Shown: piece by piece, positions 25,950 through 40,591 of the stretch | Position numbering within the stretch: the first letter of the stretch is position 1 | Layout: every line of letters starts with the position of its first letter | NCBI RefSeq assembly: GCF_009914755.1 | Contig: NC_060938.1 | DNA: 64,000 nt | Source: the human T2T-CHM13v2.0 reference genome, Homo sapiens | Strand: one strand, 5' to 3' | The notes under the pieces: generated by a model | The model's database searches: none | What the model was told of the DNA's origin: nothing | The model's input: the letters and a program-made list of their open reading frames with translations, nothing else | Program-made: the position numbers and the translations under genes

Positions 25950-26360
25950 TGTTACTATAGTGTGACCCTGCCTCTTGGGAAAACCTGTCCCAGGCTAGAG
26001 CAATGATTCTGCAACCTGAGAATTTGAATCAGGATATGAGAGAGTCTCTGGTCTCCCATTTCTGGGAATGAAGGTTTGAGAGTGAATCTTTGGGAATTAA
26101 TGGTGTTAAGGTTTACATTATGTGGAGAGAGATCATCTGCAGTGACAGAGACTAAAGTTGATATGCAGAGAGGAGCAAAGATGAGAAACAGAATCTTAGA
26201 GGTTTCTAAACCCCTGGCTTCAGTTGTTTATGAGGCTAGACTGAACTCTTGATCCTCAGACAGCTGGACTGTTCAACCTATTCTGAGACATTCTGTGCCA
26301 ATGAAGTCCCTTTGGACTGCTAGCAAAAAGTATCCTGTCCATTGCAACCAAGAGGGTCAT
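25950..26360 (+). mobile_element. Old ERVL LTR (LTR16-like)
   Basis: CTGAGAATTTGAA...GAGAGGAGCAAAGATGAGAAACAGA...TGAGGCTAGA...CATTGCAACCAAGAG. Confidence 0.45.
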
Positions 26361-26794
26361 AATTGATATTGCAGCTATTATCAGGAAGCTTAGAGGGCTC
26401 AGGAGGTAGTTGTTGGTGCAAACCACTGAGGGCTTTGCACACCTATCATAGACAGAGGATTTATGGAGTCCATTCATAGAGATTTGATTATTCCTGAAGC
26501 ATTACAAAGGCTAGATTTGTGAAGTAATAGGCTGGATATGCAGAAGTTCAGGGAGAAAGAAATGGAGTCTTATAGGTAAGATCAACAAGATAAATTGGAG
26601 GACAGGAGAAGACATTGAGTAAGAGTCTCGAAGTAACTGGAGTGATACATGAATCAGGTAGTCAATGTTAATAGCTGTGTTCCTTTGGGAACTTGTGGTA
26701 ATGTAGTAGCCAGCAAACTCTAGCCTAGCTGTAAGTAACTTGAGAGATTTTATTAATCCTTGTGTAGACAGAGAACCACACTGGAGATGAGTAA

Positions 26795-27020
26795 TGCATT
26801 TATTCATTTAACAAATATTTATTAAGAGCCTACCACATGCAGATACTTTCCTGTTTGGATAAATTAGAAAACTAAGAAGACAAAAATCTGTATGTCCTTG
26901 ATCTTACATTATAACTGGAGGAGAGATAAACAACATAGACTTGAAAGTATTAGGGAAGGAGTCAAGGAAAATTTGCAATTTTAAATAAGGTAAGTCCCTT
27001 TGAAAAGATAACATTTGTCT
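26795..27020 (-). mobile_element. L2 3' fragment
   Basis: CATTTATTCATTTAACAAATATTTATTAAGAGCCTACCA... Confidence 0.7.
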
Positions 27021-27483
27021 TCTCAAAGATGCATTTTTAACCAAACCTTTTGTAGACATCAGGAAATCTTTATCCTCAGCCCATACAGTTACAATTTTTT
27101 TTTTTTTTGCAATTTCAGCCCTCTCTAAACATAGCATAAATACCCATTTTTATGGCTAAAAGGGAGAAGAGGGTAGAGCTAGGAAGCTCATTACTTCAAT
27201 CTTTGCCCTTTGTCCTGGAAGCCATCTCCATCTTTTCCACGTGATCTCCTGCCATTTTCACAAGCACAGAAGAGATCTATCTTGATCGTCTATACTGGAA
27301 CTGGGATCCCTCCATGATTTAGGGTCAGTAGGTACAAATAACCAGAATTATTCCAATCTTGCATAACCAGCAGGAGGAAGGAAAGGAAAAAGCACAAGAG
27401 AAATGCTGAAACCCAGACTGTCATTCAGTATCTTGATCTAATACATAAGAAATGCAGGCAGGAGCTCACATATTGCTGTATAT

Positions 27484-27691
27484 CAGTACTGTACAACAGA
27501 AGTCTCTGCCATAATAAAAGTGTTCTCTATCTGGGCTGCACAATACAGTAGCCACTATTCATAGGTGTCTGTTGAGCATTTCAAATATGGCCTGTGTGAC
27601 TAAAGAACTACATTTTAATTTAAATTTATTTTAATTAATTAAAATTTCAACAGCTGCATGTGGCTAGTGGCTACTACATTGGCCAGTACAG
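27484..27691. mobile_element. MER3 hAT-Charlie MITE
   Basis: CAATACAGTAGCCACT...TTGAGCATTTCAAATATGGC...CATGTGGCTAGTGGCTACTACATTGG. Confidence 0.85.
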
Positions 27692-29484
27692 CTTAAGCTT
27701 TTGTCACACGAGGAGTCCAGACTATTCTCCTAATCCTAATTGAAGCCACTGTAACATCATTTACCATTTATGATGAAACTTGTGGGAGCTGAATTATACT
27801 TTTAGGCAACTAGAAGCATCTTTCTGCAGAAATGAGCTCTATAATTGGTCTTCTGGATTGAGTGCTAAGAACAAATGGGCTCAATTGTGTCCCCCAGTAT
27901 ATGCAGCTGCTAGAAAGGAAGCCACATTTGCAGTTTGACTAACAGCAAAGTTGCACTCTCTACAGAACCCCGTTTAGGAACAAGCAGGTTCTTGGTCCCA
28001 CTTCTAGTGAGAACACACTATGCCCCTTCTGGAGGTTCCTATTTGGAGAGTCCCCAAGTGTGAGGGATTTATCTGAATGGCTGTAAAGCAGAGTCTGTCT
28101 GTTCTTCCCCTGTTAAGTTGCCAAAGGCATCTCCCTAGCTTACGATAGATTCCCCTATCTCCTTTTTCCTTTCTCCTCTTCCCCTAGGAGAGATAATTGG
28201 ACTGTGTGATTTCCATTAAATGTAATGTACCACATGCAGATGAAACACAATAGCAAAATGCATTAAGATCGAATCCCTTGGAAAAAATGGCCTGGGTGTT
28301 TTTCCATTTGTTAAAATTAGCTACCAAATTATTTTTGTTTTTGCACAATTAAATGCAAAGATTTCATTTACTCTTTTTAAGAGTTATTTGCATTTCATAG
28401 TCTTGTGAACAAATAATCTTTTTTAAAAAAAACAGGAGAAGCATCACATTTTCTGTTGTTTTTTTCATGTGTGTGGCATATATATATAGAGACACACACA
28501 CACACATAAAAAATACACACACAGTTTCACATACTCACCAACAGACCACATAGTGGTGCTCTAAACCTGCTGTAATCACACATAAGAGCTTCGCAGTTGT
28601 TAGATGAAAATCCAGTGAGGCTGATTGCAGTTAGAATTCTTTCTGAAATGAACTACTGATAAATTTCTCTTAAAAATGTCTTCTAGCATTCATCATTTTG
28701 CAAGACAGATCCTTTGTATATACTCAAACATGATGAGTTGAGCAAATAGCTCCAAAGGAGAAAGTCATTTGGGGAAGCCCTACACCATCCAAAAATCTGA
28801 AATAATCATTTCTTTTTCCTTCCATAACTAGCATTTTATAGGGTTTTAATTAAGTTCATGCCACAGCTCAGTGGTTAGGTTTAGGAATCACATGCTCTGG
28901 ACAAATGACAAAATGAATTCAATAGTATCTATTTCAGGTTTCTTAGATAATCAACCCTTTTGTCCCATCCTCAAACCATTTTAGCTGACACTTGTATTTG
29001 GTGGCCTATGAAACAGTTCAGAATATCAGGGTCAGAATGTTCTAGTAACAAAATGTGGTATCAGGAACTAGGCAATCTACTTTATTCTTTGAAGGTGCTT
29101 GGGTTTTACCAATTATATGAAGGAAATATACACAGTGAAATTTGTAACATAGCCTACATGTAAAAGTGCAGTATGTAAAAGTGCAGCTGCTTTTTCAGCT
29201 GGCCTGAATTGTGGAGATTACCTTATATGTCAAGCCAACTGTCTTTTGTTTTTCATGACTGGCCTTAGCTATTATGACTATATCCCTGTGGGGCACTATA
29301 ATTCACATGTAATTTAGTTTTGTTTATAATTTTGGAAGTGTATGATTGAGAATGACCACAGTAAACACACCCCTTTCTGGAGAGTCAGGAAATGTATGGA
29401 AACTGTACACCAGTAAACGTTGTACTTTGTGCCTTGGAAAAGCCTTTGTTTCATATTCTGTGTATTTCCAGATCAGATGGTCTA

Positions 29485-29961
29485 TGTATCAGCAGTTTAT
29501 TGCCACATTACTGTGTAGCAATTAACAACAATCAAGTGGCTTTAAAAATAAGCATTTATTTATGTTGTGAATATGCATGTATGCTGGGTGACTCTTTGGT
29601 CTTAGCTAGATTTCATGAATCAAATCTTGCTGGGCTCTTCTGTGCATCTGTAGTTAGATGCAAGTCAGCTGGCTGAAGGCTACTCTAGGATAGGACAGCT
29701 GATTTTTCTTCCACATGGTCTTACATCCTCCAGCCGACTTGTCCAGGCTTTGTTTCTGGCAGCAGCTGGCTTCCTAGAGAGGAAGAGAACAGATGCATGC
29801 AAGGCCTCTTAAAAGTGCAGGCTCAGAACTTGCACCACTCTTCTGTCACATTGTGTTCACTAGAGCAAGTCATAGTCCAGCCCAGACTCAAGGGATGGAA
29901 AAACAGACTTCACCTCCTGATGGAGGGAGAATCAGAGCCATTTTGGCAATGAATCTACCAT
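29485..29961 (-). mobile_element. MLT1 MaLR LTR
   Basis: AGTGGCTTTAAAAATAAGCATTTATT...GGCTCAGAACTTGCAC...GCCCAGACTCAAGGGATGGAAAAACAGACT...AATCTACCA. Confidence 0.75.
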
Positions 29962-30122
29962 AACATGTGTGCCCTCACAAAGGCAATAGAGAGAACTGGG
30001 CTCTAAAATTAAATTGATACCAAGCTTGTGAGAGGTCTAACTTAGTATGAGATTTAAATTCTGCCCATTGCTACCACAGCATTTGGAACACTTGAGAAAA
30101 AATAATGAGTAATTTAAAGGAA

Positions 30123-30250
30123 AACAATAAAACTTGACTTATTCATTATATTGCTCACCTTGATTACTAAACTAGAGCAATTTATTAACAATAAAACTTG
30201 ACTTATTAATTATATTGCTCACCTTGATTACTAAACTAGAGCAATTTATT
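30123..30250. repeat. 64-bp x2 tandem duplication
   Basis: 30123-30186 and 30187-30250 differ at one base (ATTCATT vs ATTAATT). Confidence 0.97.
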
Positions 30251-31439
30251 CATATCTGCACTGTATTTCATAATATCCACAGGCTAGCTCGAAACCAGTA
30301 AAGCCAAAGTATTATCCATTGAAGACAAAAATCTCTGTGATCAATTAAAACCATACAGTTGTAATAATGACTATTTATTGTGGTAAGGGCAAACCAGAAA
30401 CAGAAAACCATTAAGCAAGAATATTTACAATGATAATACTCCTGGAGAAATTTTAAGAATCCCGCTGCATCAAACTTTATGTAACACAGTATGAAAGTCA
30501 CATCATAACCTTTATGTACCAACTATGATAAATGGAGTGATCTTAATACAGAACAGGGTTAATCTTTGTGGCAGGTGTTAGACCTATTTGCCAATGGGTG
30601 GCTTTTATGATAATATTCATTGCCCTTCTGTTTTCAACATACAGTTATCAGAATTGCAACACAGAAGCAAAACCAAAACAGACAGCTATGGCTTTAATCA
30701 AGCCCTTTTTGTTGTTATCAGATCACAATTCTTCACACACAAGCTACTGGAGACTGGTTGGTATCAATGTGAGCTTCCACCTATTTGTTGTAATTTCTGG
30801 CTGTCTAAAATGAAGACAACTCTACGAACATCCCATTGGACACTGGTTTTCAAATGTGGAAGAAAAGTGTTTCTAATATTAACTAAGGCTGGGAGCCACA
30901 CTTTAGGTAAATGTTCAAAGGGTACCATATTAATTTGATTCAGGGTTCAAGCATACTCATGTACCTGTTGTCTTATTTTTATTTTTTGTTTGTAACCACA
31001 ATGTTTCTTGAATATCTAGAACACAAGCTAAAAATACAGTCAATTGTCTTTATGTATAGATAATTAACCCTTTTACTTTTCATCTAGATGCTTAGGTCCT
31101 TGGATTCAGATATGTGAGTATATTCAGTACCTAGCGTAACTTATGAATTCTTATGTGGGAAGAATTTAGAAAGATTTGCTCTCTGACAGCCCCCTTTCAA
31201 AAGTGTAATTAAAATAATACATTATGATTTGTAGGCTGTGTAGATCTAGCATGGCAGGCATGAAGGTGATGCAACTTTTCCCTTATTATTACTCAATATT
31301 CCTACAAAAACATGAATAGGAAAAAACAACCCAAAGACAACAGCAAAACTTTTCTTCTCAGCAGCCTATGACAAAAGATGAAAAAGACTAGAAACCTAGA
31401 GGAAAAGTTTGCTTTTCATTGTTTTGGTTTATTTAGAAA

Positions 31440-31502
31440 TGATCCGCCTGCCTTGGACTCCCAAAGTGATGGGATTATAGGCATGAGCCATTGTGCCTGG
31501 CC
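31440..31502 (-). mobile_element. Alu 5' fragment
   Basis: GATCCGCCTGCCTTGGACTCCCAAAGTGATGGGATTATAGGCATGAGCCATTGTGCCTGGCC. Confidence 0.85.
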
Positions 31503-31586
31503 TGGAAAAGCTTATTTTTAAAATATTCTCTTTTCTGTTTCAATCTAAATGGGAAGGAAAGACAGAAAAATAAGTAAGCACGTTAG

Positions 31587-31921
<335 letters not shown>

Positions 31922-34900
31922 ACTATACAAAATTATGAGATTGACAACCATGCTTAACCACACGGCAGGTCCCAGAGTCTGGGACCAACAGCCAGGCTGG
32001 CAAGACACACAGCCTTTTACCTCCCAAGCAAATTGGAAGAGACTAACATCTACCCTTCTGGTATGGTATTGAGTGAACTAGACGACACCTTCTTGCAGCC
32101 TCATTGTCTAACAGATTTCTTCTTCAAACACTTCAGGTACTATCCCAAGGTTGCTGTTTCTTCCCAATTACTGGCCATTTCTGAGTTCTTCAACATATTG
32201 CTGCATATTAATGGAAGTAGACATTAACTAAGTGATTATTGTAGGCTGAAACCGAAATTGTGCCAGATACTTTTCATAAATAATTTTATTCATTTTTATA
32301 GGAGTCCTACAAAATAGTTACTGTTATTATCCACCCCTTATTATCCAGCTATAAAAATGAATAATTAAAAAGATCAAATAACTTTCCCAAGTGATTTAAC
32401 AACTCTTTCAGCTAGTTAATACATTAGCTGCCTTCACCTGTATTGCTTTAAAGTATTATACAAGATACCTGGTTGCAATTGGAAATCTAACTCCATTTAA
32501 AATCAGAGAAAATGTTAGCTGATGTGGTATGACTTCTTAAATATGTTCTTTTGGCAGTGAATATGGTACAGATTTATAACACACACACAAATACACACAC
32601 ATGTACATGCACACACACATACATCCGTCTAAAAGTCACTGAAGAAAGATATATTCTTCCCAGCACTCATTATTATGGACTAAAGTTTAGGTATGTAAAA
32701 TCTACACAACTTAAAATTTTCATGAAAAAATATATCTCTTTCTCTGTCTTTTATACTGTGCATGCATGTGTGCGTGCACACACAAACACAATTATACCAC
32801 CTCTGCCTTTCAGTTTATTACTTTCCTCCCTATGACTAGGAAAGTTAAGTGAAACTGCTTTTATGTACATTTTCAAACTCTCCATTATCTTTGTACTCTT
32901 CAGTAACATGATGTATTTCTTCAGGTGAACTCTGTTCCTTTTACTGTCTTCGACTTTCAGAACTTGGAAGTTTGAGAGAAGTTGCTTTAAATATATAATA
33001 TAAGACTTCAAAGTGTATTTCTAGACTTATGAATACTGTAGAAGCTTGGGTAATTAGTTTGGTTTAGTTTCTTCTTTTTCTCCTTAAACAAAACTGGTCC
33101 CCAGTAAAATGACCTTTCTCTGTCTTCCTCATAGTTCCAATACACTAAGGAATTCCTTTCAGTGAATCATACTTTTTCTCAGTTCTAAGAAAGGCTCTTG
33201 TTTTTAGATATCCTTCGTGATTTCACTTTGGCCAACTCAAATGGCCCACCATACTAAATTGAACCTCCTAGAACAGAATTTCCTCACTAAGCTGTAATAA
33301 CTGAAATTTGGATGTGTTTGCAAAATAACAAATGTGTATTTTTGGAGCCAAGTTTTGAAAGGTCAATACATTGCATTTTCAAAATCTGGACTACACTGTT
33401 GTTTCTACACACTTGTTCTGGCACATTTAGTTGTTCGTAAGGATAAGCAAAATAGTTTAGTCATCTCCTTTGTTAAATTATATATGTATGTGTGTGTGTA
33501 TGTGTACGTACATATGCCAAGATATTTCTAAAATGCAGTACAGAAACCTTTAGATGGAAAAATATCAAATCAAATTGTTCAATAGTCAACCTTTATTTAC
33601 AGTTGGAATACAACTAGCCTCTGCTAGTGAGAAATTATTTGGTATACATAATTTGGTGGAGCAGGAAATAGGCTTATTATCTACAAACAGCTGTTGGATT
33701 GGCTGCATATTATACCAAGTTCGATTCTCTTCAATGATCAGAATATAGTTCCTCTATTATACTGTAAGCTACTTTAACTCTACTACACAAAGATCTATTA
33801 AAGAAAAATTATTATATCAACATGCATCATTTGGTGCAACAGAAATTAAGCCACTGTATTAGAATATTTTCTTACAATCAATGTTTCTTAATTTATCTCG
33901 ATATTTAATTTCAGTAAATGTCTAGCTTTACCTTGCCATTTATCTAGCAACAGGGAACTACTATGACAATGTTCTAGCACAATGACATTATCACTTATAT
34001 GTATATTTTTAAAAATATGTGCAGTAATGTGGAATATATTAGGAAGAAGCAAAAAATTAAATGAAGTAGCTGAGTAAATGATATTATTATTAAGATCAAT
34101 ATTTAGCAAGATAAAAACAAAACATAAAAATACATTGTGAAATTTGCCCAAATGGCTCCTAACACCTCTTATTTAGGTCAAATATTTTCTTGTATTCCTC
34201 CTCCTTTTTGTCTTTCTCTTGGCCACCATCAATGAGAGCTGTGCAATTTTGATGAAAATCTTCAAATAATTAAGGATGAGATCCTGAGAACTTATGTCTC
34301 ATCTCATAGTAGATACATTGCACAGGCATGTAAACACACATAAATATTTATTTATTCTTGGGGGAAAAGATCAATAATTCACTTGTTTTGAATGGACAAA
34401 CATATAATAGCTTCAGGGGTCCGTCAACTGGAAGGGGGACTTGAGCTTCTGCTCATGGGCAGAGAAGCCTAGAGGCTGTTGATTGTAGGATTGCTGTTGC
34501 TTGTTCCATACCTCTGGCCAATTTTGTCTTTATTTTCTTCTTCTTCTACTAATGCTATTTGATTATATTATCTTCTTTGAGGATGATGGATTTACTTTAG
34601 CATTACACAGTACATGCACAGTGGATATGTGATATTTGTGTCCTCAAATAACCCAATTTAGAGGACTAGGTAATAGATTCTAAGGAGATGTGCATGATAA
34701 GACATATACTCCACTATTGATAATTAGCTGTGAAATTTTTGAACAAGGCACTGCAGCTCTTTGGGCTTCATTTTCCTGATCCATTTCCTCAAACTGGAGA
34801 GCCCTAGTTTATTTGATATCTAAAGCCTTTTACAATGTTATCACTCTATGAGTATATGGCATACTTCTATAAAACATTAAAATATCAAAATTATACTGAG

Positions 34901-36755
34901 TCAATAACACTGACATTCTGATAAAGTAAGTTGTTATTTGAAGGGCCTTTCTTGCATCTTTTCAGATATAAATCTGTGTATTTACTCACGTAGAGCTACT
35001 GTAGAGGTCAGAGCAAAGTATTGTTGCTATTCCAAGGTTTTGTTTTCCATTTTTTCATATAAATTAACTATCTTTAATTATCATATATAACACTGTTTTG
35101 CTTGAAGGGTCATAGTCCATGTTTAGATGATCAGGTTGCTGTATTCTATATCTTGTGAATTTGATAGCTAGGTGTGTTCCCTTTTGACTATTAACTTATT
35201 TTTATAGATAACTGGCAGTGCATATATGAGGAATAGAATGAAAACCAGGGTTTTTGAAACCTTGTCATTTTTCATGTAGATGCTCAATCATTGCTGTTGG
35301 GTGAGATAATCTGCCAAGTTAAAATAACAGTGCAAGTAATATTGATGGGCCTATGATATGATTAATATGACTCAAGGTATTAGGACATCATAAAATAAAG
35401 AGAAAAAAAGCATCCTGAGTTAAGCCAGTCTTTTCACATGTATTCCTTTTGGAAGACTATGCTTTGAACCTTGGGCTTCTTTGATTAGATGGGAGTCATA
35501 TACCAGATGTCTTGACCATGATTCATTAATACATAACTTGGGAAGAAATGTTACTGGAGCCAGTGAAATTAATATGAAGAGAAGTTTTGTTTTCTTAAAT
35601 AGAGGTCTTTGGTTAATTAAGAAGCATTTCTAGAGGAGTCTACTGTTTTAGGATATTTTTTAAAAAGGTTCTTAAGTGATGAAGGTAAGTTAAGCAGAGT
35701 GAATATCATCGATTAATTATCCTTTTGTTAAGACAAAATAATGCATCACTTCTGTACTCCTGTTTCCAGCATATATAATTCCACTGTATTTATGTAATCA
35801 AGCATATCACATTACATACCTTTATAGTTTCATAATTTATCTTATATATAAAAACAATTAGAGTATAATAACAAAGACCAAAATAGTGTCTAATTATAAA
35901 AGGCTGAATTTGCTCTAATTTCAATCTCCTTCTATTTGTTTGATAATAACCATCAGAACAATTTTTGGAAAATAATTCTGTGGCTAATGACTTTGTAGGA
36001 AATTTAAGGTGAATCACCTAATAGCTTCATTAGCTCAAATCGCTGGCTAAAGCCACATTCAGATCATAAGGCTTATAGTATCTTACCCATTAATCTCAAA
36101 AGCAGTCAGTCTCTCACAAACCCCAAATACAGTTTTAAATATGATTTGGTTTATTATTTTATGTAACTTGACGACTTTTTAGCCACCATCATTTCAAGAA
36201 TGATCTTTTTTTGATTGAGCAGTGTTATTAAGTTCAAAGGAAGAAACTAGCCACTGTGTTGATCTAGCCTGTGATGTGGTATGTGAGGATCTCAGGCTGT
36301 TGAGAGATGAGCACAGGCAAACTGCTGGTATACAATTTAGTTCTATTTGACTCAACTTGTCAAATATTTAAATTTGTTATTTTATTTGTAATACAATATT
36401 TATATAAAATATTTTATTCACCAAATATTTATTTGGTTTCCAGGCCTGTAAGAGATAGAAAAATATATAAATTCTACAGCATAACCTCGAATAATCTATA
36501 ATCAGTTAGGGGGGATATGATGAGTCCATATGTAAAATAACAATTCAAAGTAAAGTATAAATGCTATAAGAGCAATAAAAAATCAAACTAGAGTTGAAAG
36601 GAGAGAATCATGCCTTTTAGTTGGACAGGTCAGAGATATTTCAAGGACTAATAGGATATGATAGGCAAAAATGGGGCAACATTAGGAATGGCAAAAGTGT
36701 TGTGAATCATATGTGGTCAATTAGGTTGTAATTTTGGTTTGGCAATAGTCTAGAA

Positions 36756-37056
36756 CAGGGGTCAACAAACATTTTTTATAAAGGTCCAGATAGCAAATAT
36801 TTTGGAATTTGTGAAGCATATGATCTCTGTCATAACTAGTAAGCTCTGCTTGTGTAGCATGAGAACAGTCATAGACTGTGTATATAAATAACAGTATACA
36901 TATTAGTAGTAAACACAGACAATTGTATAGAAGGGTACGTTTGAAGCTAACTCACATAAATGAGTGAGTATGTCTGTATTCTAATGAAACTTTATTTATA
37001 AAAATAAGGGCAATGTAGCCTACCCTGTGGAGTGGGCTTTAGTTGCCCAACTCCTG
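36756..37056 (-). mobile_element. MER58A MITE with an internal ~80-nt insert
   Basis: CAGGGGTCAACAAAC...AAGGTCCAGATAGCAAATATTTT...AATGAAACTTTATTTATAAAAATA...GCCCAACTCCTG. Confidence 0.8.
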
Positions 37057-37205
37057 GTTGGAGGCTCAAAGTGGGAGAGAAAATAATTTGGGCTATATTT
37101 TTAAGAATCTTGAATATCCCATTGAGGACTTTATGTTTCAGTCAGGGGTAAACAGAGAGCTATTGTTAGTTACTGAGCAACAGAAATTAAAAAAATATCA
37201 TAGCT

Positions 37206-37497
<292 letters not shown>

Positions 37498-37734
37498 TCA
37501 TAGCTAACATTTATTTCCTGCTTATTATATATCAGGTACTGTTGCATGTACTTGCTAAAAATGGAATTTGAGATAAAGTTGGCTGACTAGTGGGGGGATT
37601 CCCCTTGAGTTGGCTTCTTTCTAACTACCCCTCGTTACATCATGCAACGTGAGCGAAAGGCTTATACACTGGAACTAAAGGCCATCTCTAAATCTGCTCC
37701 AAGAATCTTGTAGTTCATTAGCACAAAATAAATA

Positions 37735-38060
37735 AAGTGAGCATTTATGATAATCTTATTATGTGCTAGAGAATGTACTAGATACAATGGATACAGAAGT
37801 GAATAAGGCATAGGTCATGCTTCTGAGGAGCTCATAGTCTAGGAGAACATAATAAAATGTAAATAAATAATTATAATATTAAGTGGCATAGAGCAGGATG
37901 TACCAACTGAAAATGTACTAATCATAAGGGAGTGATTCCGTTTAAGGAGGTCAAGAAAAGCATTACAGAAGGGATAATATTTAAGGTGGGTATTGGAGAA
38001 TATTTGAGCTTGTCTCCAAAGAACAGTGACAGTATTCCAGGAGAGTGTATAAAAACATCA
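37735..38060 (-). mobile_element. L2 fragment
   Basis: TATGTGCTAG...GATACAGAAGTGAATAAG...GAGGAGCTCATAGTCTAG. Confidence 0.65.
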
Positions 38061-38096
38061 AGTGTCAGAGCAGATTAAACATGGCTACTCCTTCAG

Positions 38097-38685
38097 TGTA
38101 TTAAAGGTTTTTAACTAGGCATAAGGTTGTTAACTAGATAACTAAAAAGAAAAAAAAAGAGCAATAGCATATTACAGAGACAGTAATTGTAGGAATTAGG
38201 ATTAGATAAACAATGGAAAGAGACTGGAATTATTAAAACCTAGAAGTCTGGAGAAGACGCCTGTGGGGCTGAGACTCAGATATCTGAGGAGGGGATGAGC
38301 AAGGTGGTTGATGCTGGTATCTCTGAGAGGCCCACTGTGAGGCTGGTTCTGTAAGTGGTGGAAAAATTGCAATCAAAATTCAGCTAATTTTATGAAAAAA
38401 AATTGGACTTCTGGGGCAAAGAAGCATTGCTAGGGTGATGCTTATAGGGACAGGAAGCAAATAGGAAGTAAACAGGAAGCACACAGGAAAAAAAGGAAAA
38501 AGTAATTCCTTTCTTCCTTCTCTAGTTTTGAAGTCCCCATACATTGCCACCTATTGGCTGAACTTAACAGGGAGATGCTGGTAATACAGAAATGCTATTT
38601 GCAGAATCCCAGCCTCAGCATCACAAAACTGAGTATGCAGAAGGGTGGGTTTGGAATGGAGAGTCAAAGGCTTAATAACTGGCAC
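38097..38685 (-). mobile_element. Old ERVL-type LTR (family uncertain)
   Basis: CCTATTGGCTGAACTTAACAGGGAG...CCCAGCCTCAGCATCACAAA...AAGGGTGGGTTTGGA...TTAATAACTGGCAC. Confidence 0.5.
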
Positions 38686-40182
38686 CTTCAGTATATATTA
38701 GAAAATTAGGCAGGTTATGTAGTTTGATGCCAGGTGAAGGGTCTGGACTTTGTCCTGTCGGCAATGGAAGCCCCACTGCAGTGGATGGGAGAATTAATAT
38801 ACAGCTTCATCCTGGTTTTATAGCACAGTGTATTCTCAGCACTGGCACAAGCTTGCCTAGTGTCTTCAAAATGATTTGATAATAGTAACAAGTGTTTTGT
38901 ATGTCCTCAAACAGTTACCAATAATAAGTAATGCCAAAGCTTGGCGTAACAATGGCTTACTCATATGTTTTGGAGCTATTAGTGACTACAGTATTAAATT
39001 TGTTTTTACTGAAGAGAGAGATCCGGTGCTGATTCACTGACATATATGCACAATGTTTCTTCCCAATTCAGCACTTGTTCTTCTGTTTGTAAATTGAAGC
39101 TATTTTTAGTTTAGCCGTATTTTAGAAAATTGAACTTAACATTCTCTATGCAGGGAGCTCAAAGCTCAGGTTAGGCTGTGCTTTTTCTATACCAGACAGA
39201 TGAATTATAAGAACAAAGGGAAGGAGAGGTGAGCAAGCCATGGCAGGAGAGTGCAGCAGAACGGAGATGTATGGTTAGTGAGTGTCCAAAAACATTTGTA
39301 CTTTCTCTTGTCTTCTCCAGAAATGTTATACTGGGCCAAGAAAGACTAAAAAAGCCTTAAGAGTTAAGAATTGAGGGGAATTCAAAGGAGATCTGTTCTA
39401 CATAATTCAGTGGATAGGGGTAAATCCCATTCTCACTCATTAACTTGATTTTTTTAAATACCTTGAGGACTTTGTATAATTTTAACAGGGACATTTAAAA
39501 TGTGATGGGCTAGAGAAAGATTGAAACTAGTAAGTAAATTCAGAATTATTAACACAGAGATACTGATGGTCTTTATTAGTCTCAAAAGTTTGCCCTATTC
39601 TCTTCTGTGACAAATCTTCTGAAATAATTATTAATGCTTCCAAATAACTTTAAAAGAACTAAAAAATTCTGAAGCAAAGTGATTTTTTCAGTATAGAATA
39701 TTTTTCTATACACAATGTGTCATCATTTAATAGACTTGATATTAATAAATTATTGCAATAGAATCTAATAACAGTGGATTCCTATGTGACAAGAGCAAAT
39801 TTTCATTGAAAGCGAGAACATATAATCAGAGACAGGTTGCTTGAATTGAAGATCACCACTCTATTAGAATAAAAAATAATGAAAATGATATTTGAAAAGA
39901 AAAACACGTCAAGTAGAGGCATCCTACAAAGTATAGATTAACTTTTTAAATTTTTCTATTAACTCTTCATGCTACTGGGGAGTTAATGCACCAACATTTA
40001 GCCCTGAAATATGTGCCAGAGCTGGTTACATGACATATCTTGAAATCACAAGTAATTTGGCTTGCTTTGATTTGAATCCTATAATGTCCTGTAAACAAAT
40101 GGATAGCAAAATCCATAAGCCCTAATTAAAAAGCAGCTAATGAAGCAACCACAATATTAAGCTACAGTATGAGGAGTGGTGG

Positions 40183-40591
40183 TGTATTAGTCCATTTTTA
40201 CACTGCTAAAGAAATAACTGACTGGGTAATTTATAAAGAAAGGAGGATTAATTGGCTCATGGTTCTGCAGGCTGTACAGGGAGCATGATGCTTGCATCTG
40301 CTCAGCTTCAGGAAAGCCTTCAGGAAAATTTTCAATCATGGCAGAAGGTAAAAGGGAAGCAGGCACATCTTACCTGGCCACAGCAGACGAAAGGTGGGGG
40401 GAGGGGCTACACACTTTTAAACAACCAGGTCTTATGAGAACTCTATCATGAAAACAGCACTAGGGTGATGGTATTAAACCATTAGAAACCACCCCCATGA
40501 TCCAGTCACTTCCCACCAGGCCCCATCTCCAGCATTGGGGATTGCATTACATCATGAGATTTAGATGGGGCCACAGATCCAAACCATATCA
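40183..40591 (-). mobile_element. MSTA/MSTB solo LTR
   Basis: TGTATTAGTCCATTTT...GGTTCTGCAGGCTGTACAGG..GCATG...AAACCATATCA; TSD GGTGG/GGTTG. Confidence 0.9.

Noticed and set aside
29158-29186. 15-bp period duplication ATGTAAAAGTGCAG
   Set aside because: Ordinary slippage-sized micro-duplication
30123-30250. CRISPR-like repeat
   Set aside because: Two abutting copies with no spacers, in mammalian DNA
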